64,000 nucleotides of DNA, taken from Candidatus Poseidoniia archaeon. Lineage in GTDB: Archaea; Thermoplasmatota; Poseidoniia; MGIII; CG-Epi1. The notes under the pieces are model-generated. The model ran no database searches. It was not told the origin of the DNA and worked only from the letters and a program-made list of their open reading frames with translations. The translations under genes and the position numbers were made by a program. This document shows, one piece after another, positions 45,372 to 54,796 of the stretch; positions within the stretch are counted from its first letter, which is position 1; each line of letters starts with the position of its first letter. The stretch is taken from positions 15,449 to 79,448 of the forward strand of contig JASLZX010000003.1 of NCBI GenBank assembly GCA_030754655.1. The letters are read 5' to 3'.

Positions 45372-46556
45372 TCAGCCGATAGTACCAGGACTGATGACAG
45401 ATGTGGCGATTCCCATCACTTCGAAGACCAGCCAGCCGATAAAGAGCAACATCGAGGAACGGTTGAACGCCGAGTAGAGCTTGCCAGTGGCCATGAAACC
45501 GGCCGCCATGCCGTTGCCAATGCTCTGGACAATTATGCTGTAGAGGAATATGGTCGAAATCCAGACTTCGTTCAGGTTGCGCACCTGCAGGTTACCGATG
45601 GACATACCCTCTCCGCCGGTGGCAGAGGCGGAATCGGCAATCGCCGGGACGAAAGTGCTGGCCAAGACGAGGATAATAATCAGGTAGACCATAAACGAAA
45701 CGTATACCACCATCATATAGCTGGTAACTTCCTGCGCTCGCTCGGTCTCGAGCGCCTTGATTTCCCTGGCGTCATAAGAGGCGGCGAGCAGGATGTCCGA
45801 AATGCGGCCTCCCGCGCGGTTGGCCTCATCGACCATGCGGACCGCCCGCGACACGATGGGCGACCGGACCCGTTCGGTAAACATCCCCAGCACTTCACTG
45901 AAGGAGATACCCCACGAAATCTGGGTTGACATCTTGTGTACTTCGTCGTTGAGGTTGCCATATTCGCCCCGCGCCAGCGTCTGGATAGCGACGGTCATGC
46001 TGAGACCGCCCTTCCAGTACTCGGCAAGGTCGCGCAGGAAGTCGGGGAATTTCTCCTCAACCCGCGTCCGGAGCTTGTCCTCACGCCAGCCCCAGATGCC
46101 ATAAGGCAGCATCAGCGCAATCAGTGCAAAAATGTAGTAGTCAAGGGTCGAAATTTCAGGATAGTATCGATACCAGGTTGTAGCTTCTACATCCTCGTCA
46201 ATACCGTTAATCAACGGGTCAGCGTCACGACTCTCGTTCTTGGCAATCGAGGGGAGGCCATACATGTAGGGCGTAATCGTGAAGGGGCCATCGTTCATGG
46301 CCTCCGGATTGTCGAACTGCGAATCACCGTCGAAATCGGTGACGACCGTTGTCAGGTCGGCCTGGTGATTCAACTGCCCCAGCGCGATGAACGCGCCGCC
46401 CATCATCAGCGAGAGGAAGACGACGACATAGATCGTAATGTCAGTCTTGCCCTCCTTCACCTCGATCCACTTCAGCGCCATGCGGTAGGTCATCCAGCGC
46501 CGCTTCTTGCCGGTCCGCTCATCGCGGTAGACCCGTTTCTCGAGATTACTTGCCAT
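45372..46556 (-). CDS. TadC/FlaJ-like type II secretion F-domain membrane protein
   Basis: T2SSF-like cytoplasmic domain (LSMTVAIQTLARGEYGNL) between TM helices. Confidence 0.7.
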   Translation of the reverse strand: MASNLEKRVYRDERTGKKRRWMTYRMALKWIEVKEGKTDITIYVVVFLSLMMGGAFIALGQLNHQADLTTVVTDFDGDSQFDNPEAMNDGPFTITPYMYGLPSIAKNESRDADPLINGIDEDVEATTWYRYYPEISTLDYYIFALIALMLPYGIWGWREDKLRTRVEEKFPDFLRDLAEYWKGGLSMTVAIQTLARGEYGNLNDEVHKMSTQISWGISFSEVLGMFTERVRSPIVSRAVRMVDEANRAGGRISDILLAASYDAREIKALETERAQEVTSYMMVVYVSFMVYLIIILVLASTFVPAIADSASATGGEGMSIGNLQVRNLNEVWISTIFLYSIIVQSIGNGMAAGFMATGKLYSAFNRSSMLLFIGWLVFEVMGIATSVISPGTIG

Positions 46557-47497
46557 TAATCAATTGCGACCTCATTGCTCAGTGCGAGGAAAATATAGGC
46601 GAAGAAAATCTGGATTATCGGGAACATCAGGAAGACCATCATGTAGAGGTGCTCTTCCTCCAGTTTCATCCCGGACCCGGAAACCCAGAAGGTGATCACG
46701 GCCATAATCATCGCGAAAATTGGAAGTGCCACCGCCATCACCACATACGCTTCCGCAAAGAGTGCCATCTGCTGGATGACACTCTTGACATGCACCCGGT
46801 TGGCCTGCGCGTAGTATTCTGCCCGGTTCAGGAAGTAGAGCTTCAGGTTACCGCCCGAGGTAAGCGTGCCGACAATTCCCTGCAAGAACTCGGCAAATCG
46901 TTCCGAGGGCGACCGTTCGACGGCCTCCTTGAGCGTCGTCACCAAGTCACGAGCCATGAACTCAACAGAGTGGTAAACCCAAGCCGCATCCTTCGAAATC
47001 TCACCGTAAATATCCTCACTACGAGCGAGCGATTTGAAAATCATCGCCGGCGTTGCATTAGCCGCCGCCATCGCTGCTGTGTAGCTGGCGGCGAAGGGCA
47101 GCTTGCGGTCCATGTCCGTGGCGCGCGAGCCAACTCTCAGCCCGGGCTCGAGCCAGTTCACCATCGCTATCAGCAGCGGCAGTACGATAACCAGCACCAG
47201 TGCTAGGATAGCCTGTATGAATTCCGAGACGATGATCGGCTCACCGTCTGGACCAGTCATTTGCGCTAGGAATGGAACGCCGACGACGATGAAAGCAAAC
47301 ACCAGCGCCAGCCCAGCGATGAAAGTAGCGAAAACCTGCATTGCGGCGTGGGCAACGTAGCCTTCGGGCAGCAGCGGAATGCGCGCCTTCACGAGCTGTT
47401 GCTTGAGCCCGAAGGAATTCTTGGTCAGCAAGCGACCCAGCCAGCCGAAAAGGAGCAGGCTGAGTGACTGCAGGCCGCTTAGAACCACCGGTGCCAC
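46556..47497 (-). CDS. TadB/FlaJ-like type II secretion F-domain membrane protein
   Basis: Second T2SSF-like domain protein adjacent to the first; split platform as in bacterial TadB/TadC. Confidence 0.7.
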   Translation of the reverse strand: MAPVVLSGLQSLSLLLFGWLGRLLTKNSFGLKQQLVKARIPLLPEGYVAHAAMQVFATFIAGLALVFAFIVVGVPFLAQMTGPDGEPIIVSEFIQAILALVLVIVLPLLIAMVNWLEPGLRVGSRATDMDRKLPFAASYTAAMAAANATPAMIFKSLARSEDIYGEISKDAAWVYHSVEFMARDLVTTLKEAVERSPSERFAEFLQGIVGTLTSGGNLKLYFLNRAEYYAQANRVHVKSVIQQMALFAEAYVVMAVALPIFAMIMAVITFWVSGSGMKLEEEHLYMMVFLMFPIIQIFFAYIFLALSNEVAID

Positions 47498-49755
47498 CAG
47501 CGCGGATTGGCCGAGTGCTCAACGCGCTTCGCCAGATTGCTCTGTAGATTGGTCAGCGCATTGGCCTGCCGGGCCTCTTCCTTAGCCGCTTCCTTAGCCT
47601 GCTTGTCTGGACTGGAGGAAAGCTTGACCTGCTTGGCTTCGGCCTTGGCACGCTTCGTTAGCTCGCGGTTGCACGACTTCAACAGTCGTCCCGCCTCACG
47701 TACTGAGAGACTGGATACGTCACCGATACCAAGCTGCGTCGCAGCGGGTGTAAGCTGCCGTAGCGGAGCATAGCGCGCCTGCGCCTTCAGCATATCACGC
47801 TCGAGATAGGCGTCTGACTTGGCGCGGCGAGTCGCTTCCTTCGCCTCGAGCTTGGCGCGCTTGGCCTCGTCGTCAGTATCAGCCGCCCGAGTATCGGCCT
47901 TCGCGCGAGCCGCCGCCTCCTTAGCGAACCGATTCTGGAACTTCTCCTGCACCCCGGCCGGGAACTCGGTGATATCGACACCCTCATCGGCTGCGCCAGC
48001 ACCGCTCAGGTCAAGGTCACGCTCCTTCACCTTGCGGCGGCGCTTGCGACCGCCCACCTGCAGGTCAGCATAGACCCGGCGCATCACGTCCTCGGGGTGG
48101 ACGTAGTACTCGGCCACCACCCGGGCGAAGTCGCGGTAGTCACGGATGCTCTTCTTGAGGCACCACTCGATGACCAGCTGTCGCCGCTTGATTTCGTCCA
48201 TGATTTCGACGCGGTTCAGGTTGGCCTTCAACATGATTTTCTCAAGCACGTAGGACTTGCCGGTGAAGACAAACTCATCGGTGGCGTTGTCCCAGCGGAA
48301 TGCCTCGTTGGTCAGCAGCTCGTGCGAATGGGGGTCAATGCCGATAATTTCGACGATGTTCTTGTTGCGCCGCACGCGCTTCCCACCGACGCGGGTCTGA
48401 ATCTGGATTGAAATCGCGTCAAGCGACGGAATCAGCACGCGCGGAATCTCAATCGGCTTATTCTCAAGCCGGTGCACCAGGCTCTGGATTGAATCGGCGT
48501 GGAAGGTGGAATAGGTAGTGTGCCCAGTCGCCATGGCCTGGAACAGCACGTACGCCTCTGCACCACGGATTTCTCCCACAATGATGTATTCCGGCCGCTC
48601 ACGCAACGCTGCCCGCAGCAGGTCGTACATGTCGACCACTCCTGCCGCCTTGGCGCCCGCCATAGCGGACTCACCACCGAAACCCTCACGGGTACAGCCA
48701 GGAATCCAGTTGGGATGCGGCAGGTTCAGCTCACGCGTCTCCTCAATACTCACAATTTTGTGCTGCCACGGCAGGAAGAGTGAGCAGGCATTGAGGGAAG
48801 TGGTCTTGCCGGAAGCAGTACCACCGACAAACAGCATCGACATGCCGTACTGCATCGCGAGCCAGAAGAAGGCAATCTGCATTGAGGAAAAGGTCTTGAA
48901 CTCGAGTAGGTCCACCGGCGTGAACGGTTCGTCACGGAAACGCCGGATGGTAAAGGTCGAACCTTTCGTGGAGACCTCACGGCCCAGCGTCATGACGATA
49001 CGCGAACCATCCATCAGTGTCGCGTCGAGCAGTGGTTCAGCAATCGAGATGTGCTTACCGCAGCGCTGTGCCATGCGGATGATGTATCGCTCCAGCTCAA
49101 ACTCGTCCGTCCAGAGGACATTGGTCCGCAGCGACTCGAAGCGCCGGTGGTAGACGAACACCTCGACGCCGGGGCCGTCGCAAGAAACGTCCTCGATATT
49201 CGGGTCGTGCATCATGGTATCAATCAGGCCGTAGCCCACCAAGTCACGCTCGATGTAGTAGTGGATTTTCTCGCGGTTGCTCTTGCGACTCGGAAGCCGG
49301 TATGCGTCGAGGATGTCGTCAACCGCCTGATGCAGGAACTCGTCCTGCCCCTCTTCGAGGGTTTCGCGGCTGATATTCAGCGCCCGCTGGAGCACATCCT
49401 GGATGGTCTGCAGGTCCTGTTTCTCCTGTTCGGACGCTTTTGGTTCGACGACATAGTAGAAGCGAGAGTAATCACGCTTGTCGAACAGGATGCGGACGTA
49501 GGAGAAGGGGGGCCTTACGGGGTAGGTATCAAGTTCCTCGAAATCCTCGCCCAACTCGATGTCGTCCATGACGAGGTCATGGATGACGCCCGCCTTCTCG
49601 GCCGCCTTGCGGGACTGATCCTGCTGCTTGCGCTCCTTGCGCAAGCGCCGTTTTTCACGCCATGAAAGCTGGCTCTCGTCGACCGTTTCCTCAGTCGGCG
49701 ATAGCATACCGAGAGGGGCTGATTCTGTGTCAATTGAGTCGCCGGCAGCTCCCAT
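47479..49755 (-). CDS. FlaI/TadA (CpaF)-family secretion ATPase with about 220-aa C-terminal K/A/E/R-rich low-complexity extension
   Basis: Walker A GGTASGKTT, Asp/His boxes, core of about 540 aa; extension KRRRKVKERD...AKEAAKEEARQ... reads as coiled-coil/low complexity. Confidence 0.85.
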   Translation of the reverse strand: MGAAGDSIDTESAPLGMLSPTEETVDESQLSWREKRRLRKERKQQDQSRKAAEKAGVIHDLVMDDIELGEDFEELDTYPVRPPFSYVRILFDKRDYSRFYYVVEPKASEQEKQDLQTIQDVLQRALNISRETLEEGQDEFLHQAVDDILDAYRLPSRKSNREKIHYYIERDLVGYGLIDTMMHDPNIEDVSCDGPGVEVFVYHRRFESLRTNVLWTDEFELERYIIRMAQRCGKHISIAEPLLDATLMDGSRIVMTLGREVSTKGSTFTIRRFRDEPFTPVDLLEFKTFSSMQIAFFWLAMQYGMSMLFVGGTASGKTTSLNACSLFLPWQHKIVSIEETRELNLPHPNWIPGCTREGFGGESAMAGAKAAGVVDMYDLLRAALRERPEYIIVGEIRGAEAYVLFQAMATGHTTYSTFHADSIQSLVHRLENKPIEIPRVLIPSLDAISIQIQTRVGGKRVRRNKNIVEIIGIDPHSHELLTNEAFRWDNATDEFVFTGKSYVLEKIMLKANLNRVEIMDEIKRRQLVIEWCLKKSIRDYRDFARVVAEYYVHPEDVMRRVYADLQVGGRKRRRKVKERDLDLSGAGAADEGVDITEFPAGVQEKFQNRFAKEAAARAKADTRAADTDDEAKRAKLEAKEATRRAKSDAYLERDMLKAQARYAPLRQLTPAATQLGIGDVSSLSVREAGRLLKSCNRELTKRAKAEAKQVKLSSSPDKQAKEAAKEEARQANALTNLQSNLAKRVEHSANPRWWHRWF

Positions 49756-49765
49756 CCTTACTCGT

Positions 49766-50221
49766 CTATCCTGCGGTCAGGGTGACCACTTGGGATGTTG
49801 CGTCATACTGCACGACTATATAAGAAGTGCTAGAGTACACTTTCCCCTCTATAGCCGTGGCTGGCGCAAGCGGAAAATCCGCTGTGTATCGACCCCCCAC
49901 AGGAGCCTTGCTGACCACTTTCAGGCCGGTCTCGGTGCCGATTACCGTGTAGAGCACGCCGTGCTCCTCGGTGGCGGCGGGAATATTCAGAGTGGCGTCA
50001 ATTCCGGGATAAGCACGGACCATCGCGAGCAGCTCCTCAACCAGTTGCTGCAGTCGCACGCCCACCTGTTCCACCTCTTCCTGTGCCGTGAAGGTGTGGT
50101 TGCCCTTCAGCACGTCGGCGACCGCCATGGTCACCGCCGACAGCAGCAGTACTGCCAGCAACGAGGTGTAGATGAACCCTATTTCCTGCGCGCCTGACTC
50201 AGCGCAATCCAAACGATACAT
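49766..50221 (-). CDS. pilin-like protein
   Basis: N-terminal QEIGFIYTSLLAVLLLSAVTMAVA hydrophobic helix after a short leader; adjacent to the ATPase. Confidence 0.45.
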   Translation of the reverse strand: MYRLDCAESGAQEIGFIYTSLLAVLLLSAVTMAVADVLKGNHTFTAQEEVEQVGVRLQQLVEELLAMVRAYPGIDATLNIPAATEEHGVLYTVIGTETGLKVVSKAPVGGRYTADFPLAPATAIEGKVYSSTSYIVVQYDATSQVVTLTAG

Positions 50222-51191
50222 GCACCGTCCTCTCCATCAGGCGTAGGTCTAGCGAGGTCGTCTGTGTCAGGTAGACCTCGTCATTCTGCAGGTCACGGCT
50301 GAATCCCCACTGGGACTGGAAGAAGCCGTAGGTTCCATACTGTGCATCGCCATCCACGACGATACGCAGGCTGTAAGCCTCAATACTCCCGGAATCGCTG
50401 CCGCCCTGGTTGCGCAGCGAGAAGTCGAAGTTGGAGGGGCCAGTCATACTGCTCATCTGCGAGCCGCTGTTGTTGTACGAAACTAGGTATATCGACAGCG
50501 CATCCACGTTTCCGCTGCCGCGCACCAGCGGGCGGTCCTCGAAGTAGTACCCGCCACCCGGCTCATGCGACAGTACCGCACCGTTGAACAATCGCATCTG
50601 GAACTGCCCTGCCGTCGAGCGGTACTTGTAGGAGAGGACATCCTGCATGTAGTAGCGGAACTCGCCAATGGCGGTACCGTTGGCGGCAGCAGCGGTACCG
50701 GTCACGCCCGCCACGATGGGCGGCAGCGGTCCCAGCCGGTTGCCGTCGGTGTCACCGCTCCATACCGTCCCGTTGGGATAAGTGATGGTGACCGTCAGCG
50801 TCGCCACGGTTTCGGTCAGGTCCTCGACGCGCAGGATTGTGGCGCCCGCTTCCACGTTACGCGCCGAAAGCTGCGCCCAAGAAACGGTGCTCCAACAGAG
50901 CAGCAGGTCTTCCTGCGCCTTCTTCAGCGTGAAACTACCCGAGCCGAGCGAGACGGTCGAGGTGCGCGAGGCGCCCTCACCCTGCAGCAGCACCTGGTCC
51001 ATGTCAGCGTCCAAGTTGAGCAGGTTGGAGCGCGTCGTCGCATACTGCGCCCACGCCTCGTTGTTCTGGATTTGCGGGATACCCCACGCCAGCATAGTAC
51101 CTACGATGGTGACCATCATTACCATAATCAGGATGGTACCAATAACCTGGCTTACACCATCCTCGTCGCGAGGCAGGAGCTGACGCTTCAC
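50199..51191 (-). CDS. large pilin-like protein (class III signal peptide)
   Basis: MKRQLLPRDEDGVSQVIGTILIMVMMVTIVGTMLAWGI; first gene of the pilus operon. Confidence 0.55.
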   Translation of the reverse strand: MKRQLLPRDEDGVSQVIGTILIMVMMVTIVGTMLAWGIPQIQNNEAWAQYATTRSNLLNLDADMDQVLLQGEGASRTSTVSLGSGSFTLKKAQEDLLLCWSTVSWAQLSARNVEAGATILRVEDLTETVATLTVTITYPNGTVWSGDTDGNRLGPLPPIVAGVTGTAAAANGTAIGEFRYYMQDVLSYKYRSTAGQFQMRLFNGAVLSHEPGGGYYFEDRPLVRGSGNVDALSIYLVSYNNSGSQMSSMTGPSNFDFSLRNQGGSDSGSIEAYSLRIVVDGDAQYGTYGFFQSQWGFSRDLQNDEVYLTQTTSLDLRLMERTVHVSFGLR

Positions 51192-51251
51192 GCCTTCACC
51201 ACGCGGTGGGGGACTAAAAAGCGTGCGTGCCGAACAGCGCTATAAAAGTCG

Positions 51252-52169
51252 CTACTGCGCCTCGAGCCAGCGCTCGGCGTCTATCGCCGCCATGCAGCCC
51301 ATTCCGGCCGCAGTCACCGCCTGCCGGTAGCGCGTGTCGACGACGTCGCCCGCCGCGAATACGCCCTTCACGGAAGTCATCGAGTGCTGCTTCCAGAGCA
51401 GGTAGCCCGAAGCGTCGGTCTCAAGCTGCCTGTCCAGGAAGCTGGTAATCGGCTTGTGGCCGATGGCGATGAACGCCCCTTCGCAGGTGAAATCCTCCTC
51501 GCTGTCGTCAGCGGTCGAGCGCAGTCGCGCGCCGCGGAAGTCGCCCTCCGCGCCGAGCCAGCCGGTGACCGTGTGGTTCAGCTTCCAGGCGATACGCGGA
51601 TTGTCGCGGGCGCGTAGCCCCATAATCTGCGACGCGCGTAGCCCCTCACGGCGGTGGACAATCGTCACCTTGGGGCAGAAACGGGTCAGGAAAGTCGCCT
51701 CCTCCATAGCCGAGTCGCCGCCACCGACAACCATGACTTCCTTGTCGCGAAAGAAGGCGCCGTCGCAGGTGGCGCAGGTCGAAATCCCGCGCCCCTTGTG
51801 CACTTCCTCGTTCTCGACACCGAGCCAGATGGCCTCGGCGCCAGTGGCGATAATCAGCGCCTCCGCCTGCCAGGACTTATCGCCGCTGGTGACCCCGAAC
51901 GGTCGGTGCGAGAGGTCGACGGAGTCGACGTTGCGGTCGAGGATGCGGGTGCCGAACCGCTCCGCCTGCGCGCGCAGCTGCATCATCATCTCCGGTCCCT
52001 GAATGCCTTCGGGGTAGCCGGGGTAATTCTCGACGTCGCTGGTGAGCATCAGCTGCCCGCCGCTGGCGTAACCGGCGAAAAGCAGCGGCTCGAGCATCGC
52101 CCGCGACGCGTAGAGCCCGGCGGTGTAGCCGGCCGGCCCGGACCCGATGATTATCAGCTTCTCAACCAT
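51252..52169 (-). CDS. trxB: thioredoxin reductase
   Basis: IIGSGPAGYTAG FAD motif, CATC redox-active disulfide, second GGGDSA NADPH motif. Confidence 0.85.
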   Translation of the reverse strand: MVEKLIIIGSGPAGYTAGLYASRAMLEPLLFAGYASGGQLMLTSDVENYPGYPEGIQGPEMMMQLRAQAERFGTRILDRNVDSVDLSHRPFGVTSGDKSWQAEALIIATGAEAIWLGVENEEVHKGRGISTCATCDGAFFRDKEVMVVGGGDSAMEEATFLTRFCPKVTIVHRREGLRASQIMGLRARDNPRIAWKLNHTVTGWLGAEGDFRGARLRSTADDSEEDFTCEGAFIAIGHKPITSFLDRQLETDASGYLLWKQHSMTSVKGVFAAGDVVDTRYRQAVTAAGMGCMAAIDAERWLEAQ

Positions 52170-52201
52170 TGCTGCGCCAGTCGGGCCGGTGGGTTAAGGT
52201 T

Positions 52202-52942
52202 TCACCCGAAATGGCGCGCGCTGACGATGAAACCGGTGTGCCCCAGCATGCGGTGTTGCGGTCGCAATGATTGCGGTTTCGGCTCCCAGTCGCGCTGCAG
52301 GTTTTCCAGAACGCGCAGCTCGCCCCACCCTTCGAGCGTCCTCAGAAGCTGCGCCACCTGCGGGGTCGTCGGGAGGTATGCCACCAGCCGCCCGCCGGGC
52401 GCGAGCGACGCGGCGGCCCAGCCGACCAGCTCCCACGGTTGCGGCAGGTCCAGCGCAACAGCGTGGCATTCGCGGGGATCAGTTTCGGGCGTCAGCGATT
52501 CCGGGATTACCTCGATCAGCGCCGCGTGCGGGCTGCGTTGCAAGTTGCGCTCGAGCACCTGTCGATGCGCCGGCCGCGGCTCGAAGCTCGCGACTCGCCC
52601 GTCGGGGGCGACCGCACGCGCCAGCGCCAGCGTCAGCCCGCCCGAGCCGCCACCCGCCTCGACCACGCTGTCACCCGGCTCCAAGGCAAGCGCCCACGTT
52701 ATCCACGCCAGGTCGCGCGGCAGGATTACCTGCGGGCCGCGCGACAGATTCGCCTCGAGGTCGGGCAGCGTCGGCTCGAACAGCCGCGCCGGGGTGCCGA
52801 CTAGGTCGAACTCCTCACCGAGGGGGGCGGCGCGCAGCACCGCCGAGTGGAAACTGCCCAGTCCGGGCAACTCCTGTTTCTCGGCATTGAGGTTTACAAG
52901 GTGCGTTTTTCCCTGCGCCAGCAGCAGCCGCCAGTTCGCCAT
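52202..52942 (-). CDS. trmI: tRNA (adenine-N1)-methyltransferase TrmI/Gcd14-like
   Basis: VVEAGGGSGGLTLALA SAM motif with Gcd14-like N- and C-terminal regions. Confidence 0.65.
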   Translation of the reverse strand: MANWRLLLAQGKTHLVNLNAEKQELPGLGSFHSAVLRAAPLGEEFDLVGTPARLFEPTLPDLEANLSRGPQVILPRDLAWITWALALEPGDSVVEAGGGSGGLTLALARAVAPDGRVASFEPRPAHRQVLERNLQRSPHAALIEVIPESLTPETDPRECHAVALDLPQPWELVGWAAASLAPGGRLVAYLPTTPQVAQLLRTLEGWGELRVLENLQRDWEPKPQSLRPQHRMLGHTGFIVSARHFG

Positions 52943-52963
52943 GCGGGGTCAGCTGCCGCGGTA

Positions 52964-54307
52964 TTAGAGCCCTAGCTGCGCGGCGACCTGCTCGTCGGCT
53001 GCGGCGAGGAATTGCTCTTCTGCGTCGAGGGGGACAGTCGCGCCCGCCGCGATGGCGTGGCCGCCGCCGATGCCACCGCACTTGCCGGCGGACTGCGACA
53101 TGACCTCAGCCAGGTTGAGCCCGCGTTCGATGAGCTCGGGCGTCGCGCGCGAAGAGACAATCAGCTCGCCGTCGCGTGGCGAAAGGCCGATGGCGGGCAG
53201 CGAGCGGTCGAGGAAGTAGCCCAGCGCCAGTCCGCAAATCGTGCCTTTCAGCGCCGGCTCGCTGGTGCTAAAGTGCTGGATGGCGTTGCGCCGCTCGAAC
53301 TTCGCCGCGCTGAGCAGCGCGAGCAGTTGCTTGCGCTGAGCCAGCTCATGCGCCCCCGCACGGCTACGCGCCGCCGTCGAGCCGAGCAGCAGCGCAATCC
53401 CGGTCGAGGCGTCATCCTGCCGGCCGCTGGCATCGACCAGCGACGCCAGCTCAGAGACGGTGCAGCCCCATCCCGGCAACTGATAGCTGGGCGCGAAAAG
53501 CTGCTTGCACTGCTCGCTCCCGGCGCCCTGCTCGAGCAGCTTCAGCGCCAGCCAGTCTGCCAGCCGCGTCGCCTCCTCGCCCGCAAGGCCATCCGACGCC
53601 GCGGTGGGGTCGAGGCCGATTTCGCGCAGCGCCTCTTCCGCCGCAGTGGGCTGCCCGGAGATGCCGACGAGGTACGGCTCGAGTGACCCCGCCAGCGCCT
53701 CGGCCAGGCTCACACCATGGAGCGGAAGTTGCTGCTTTTCTTTTAAATAATTATCTTCGGTAGCCATATTGGCGATTTCGAGGTTCCAGCCCTTCCATCC
53801 ACCGGTCATCTGGCGGTCGCCGCAGGCTCCCGCCAGCGCGATGGGGGCAAGGTCACGGTTCGGCTCGTCCAGCGTTAGCGCCAGCGCGAAGGCGACGCTC
53901 GCGGCGGACGCCTCGCGATTGCCGTCAACCCCTGCCTTGTGGGCATTCAGCTCGAGGACGTTGCCGGGAACCTCGCCCTGCGGCAGGTGGTGGTCAACCA
54001 CCAACGCAGGCGCCTCGAGCTGCGCCAGCAGGTCCATGTAGCCCGACCCGAGGTCAGTGAAGAGCACCAGCGCAGGCGCCTCGCGGTTCAGCCGCTCGAT
54101 GACACCGGGCGCCAGCGAGAGGACATTGCTGAGGTGGAAACGCTTCCCGAGCCGCAGCAGCGTCTGAACCAAGATAGCCGACGAAGTCAGCCCGTCGCAG
54201 TCGTAATGGCCGATGATGCGCACCGGCTGCTCGATTTCCCGCAGGCGATCTGCCAATGGTTGTGCCGCTTCCGCCAGCGGCTGCGGCATCGCCGCGGCGG
54301 GGTTCAC
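52964..54307 (-). CDS. DHH-family RecJ/Cdc45-like (GAN-like) nuclease
   Basis: IIGHYDCDGLTSS DHH motif I region, about 450 aa; adjacent to rps15, a conserved archaeal neighbourhood. Confidence 0.65.
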   Translation of the reverse strand: MNPAAAMPQPLAEAAQPLADRLREIEQPVRIIGHYDCDGLTSSAILVQTLLRLGKRFHLSNVLSLAPGVIERLNREAPALVLFTDLGSGYMDLLAQLEAPALVVDHHLPQGEVPGNVLELNAHKAGVDGNREASAASVAFALALTLDEPNRDLAPIALAGACGDRQMTGGWKGWNLEIANMATEDNYLKEKQQLPLHGVSLAEALAGSLEPYLVGISGQPTAAEEALREIGLDPTAASDGLAGEEATRLADWLALKLLEQGAGSEQCKQLFAPSYQLPGWGCTVSELASLVDASGRQDDASTGIALLLGSTAARSRAGAHELAQRKQLLALLSAAKFERRNAIQHFSTSEPALKGTICGLALGYFLDRSLPAIGLSPRDGELIVSSRATPELIERGLNLAEVMSQSAGKCGGIGGGHAIAAGATVPLDAEEQFLAAADEQVAAQLGL

Positions 54308-54756
54308 CCGACCAGCAGCTTGGCGTTGGCGAGCGTGTATTTCCAGTCGTCCGGCAATACGCTGCTGCGCTTGTAGTAGCGCACCAGCCGCAGTATCTTC
54401 GACTCGGTGAGCTGCAGCGCCCGCCGGTTGTGGACGTCCTTGCGGTTGGACTCCAGATGCTCGCCCAGTCGCACCGCCTTGCGCATCAGGTTCGACAAAT
54501 CCTCGGGGAGGTCGGGTGCCAGGCCGGCGTCGCGCACCATAGCCGCGACCGCCTTGCCGGTCGCCAGCTTGACACTCGGGATGCCATGCGAATCGCGCAG
54601 CTGGAGACCAATTTCGGCCGTCGAAAATCCCTCTTTCGAGAGCTTGCCCACCATCTCCTCGACCTCTTTCGGTTCGGGAGCCCAGGCAGGGTGCTCGCTG
54701 CGGGGCAGCGCGCTGGAGCCGGAACGGCCTTTCCGTCGAGCGTAGATTCGTGCCAT
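54304..54756 (-). CDS. rps15: 30S ribosomal protein S15 (uS15)
   Basis: MARIYARRKGRSGS N-terminus, C-terminal RLVRYYKR; start trimmed from the ORF-track extension. Confidence 0.85.
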   Translation of the reverse strand: MARIYARRKGRSGSSALPRSEHPAWAPEPKEVEEMVGKLSKEGFSTAEIGLQLRDSHGIPSVKLATGKAVAAMVRDAGLAPDLPEDLSNLMRKAVRLGEHLESNRKDVHNRRALQLTESKILRLVRYYKRSSVLPDDWKYTLANAKLLVG

Positions 54757-54796
54757 AGCTGGAATGTGGGCGGCAGTTAACCCTCTATTAAAAGAC

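Noticed and set aside
44553-51191. Archaellum (fla) operon call
   Set aside because: FlaI/FlaJ-like proteins are present, but no FlaB archaellin domain, FlaH, FlaCDE or FlaF/G were seen and the platform is split TadB/TadC-like. Annotated as a Tad-like adhesion pilus instead.
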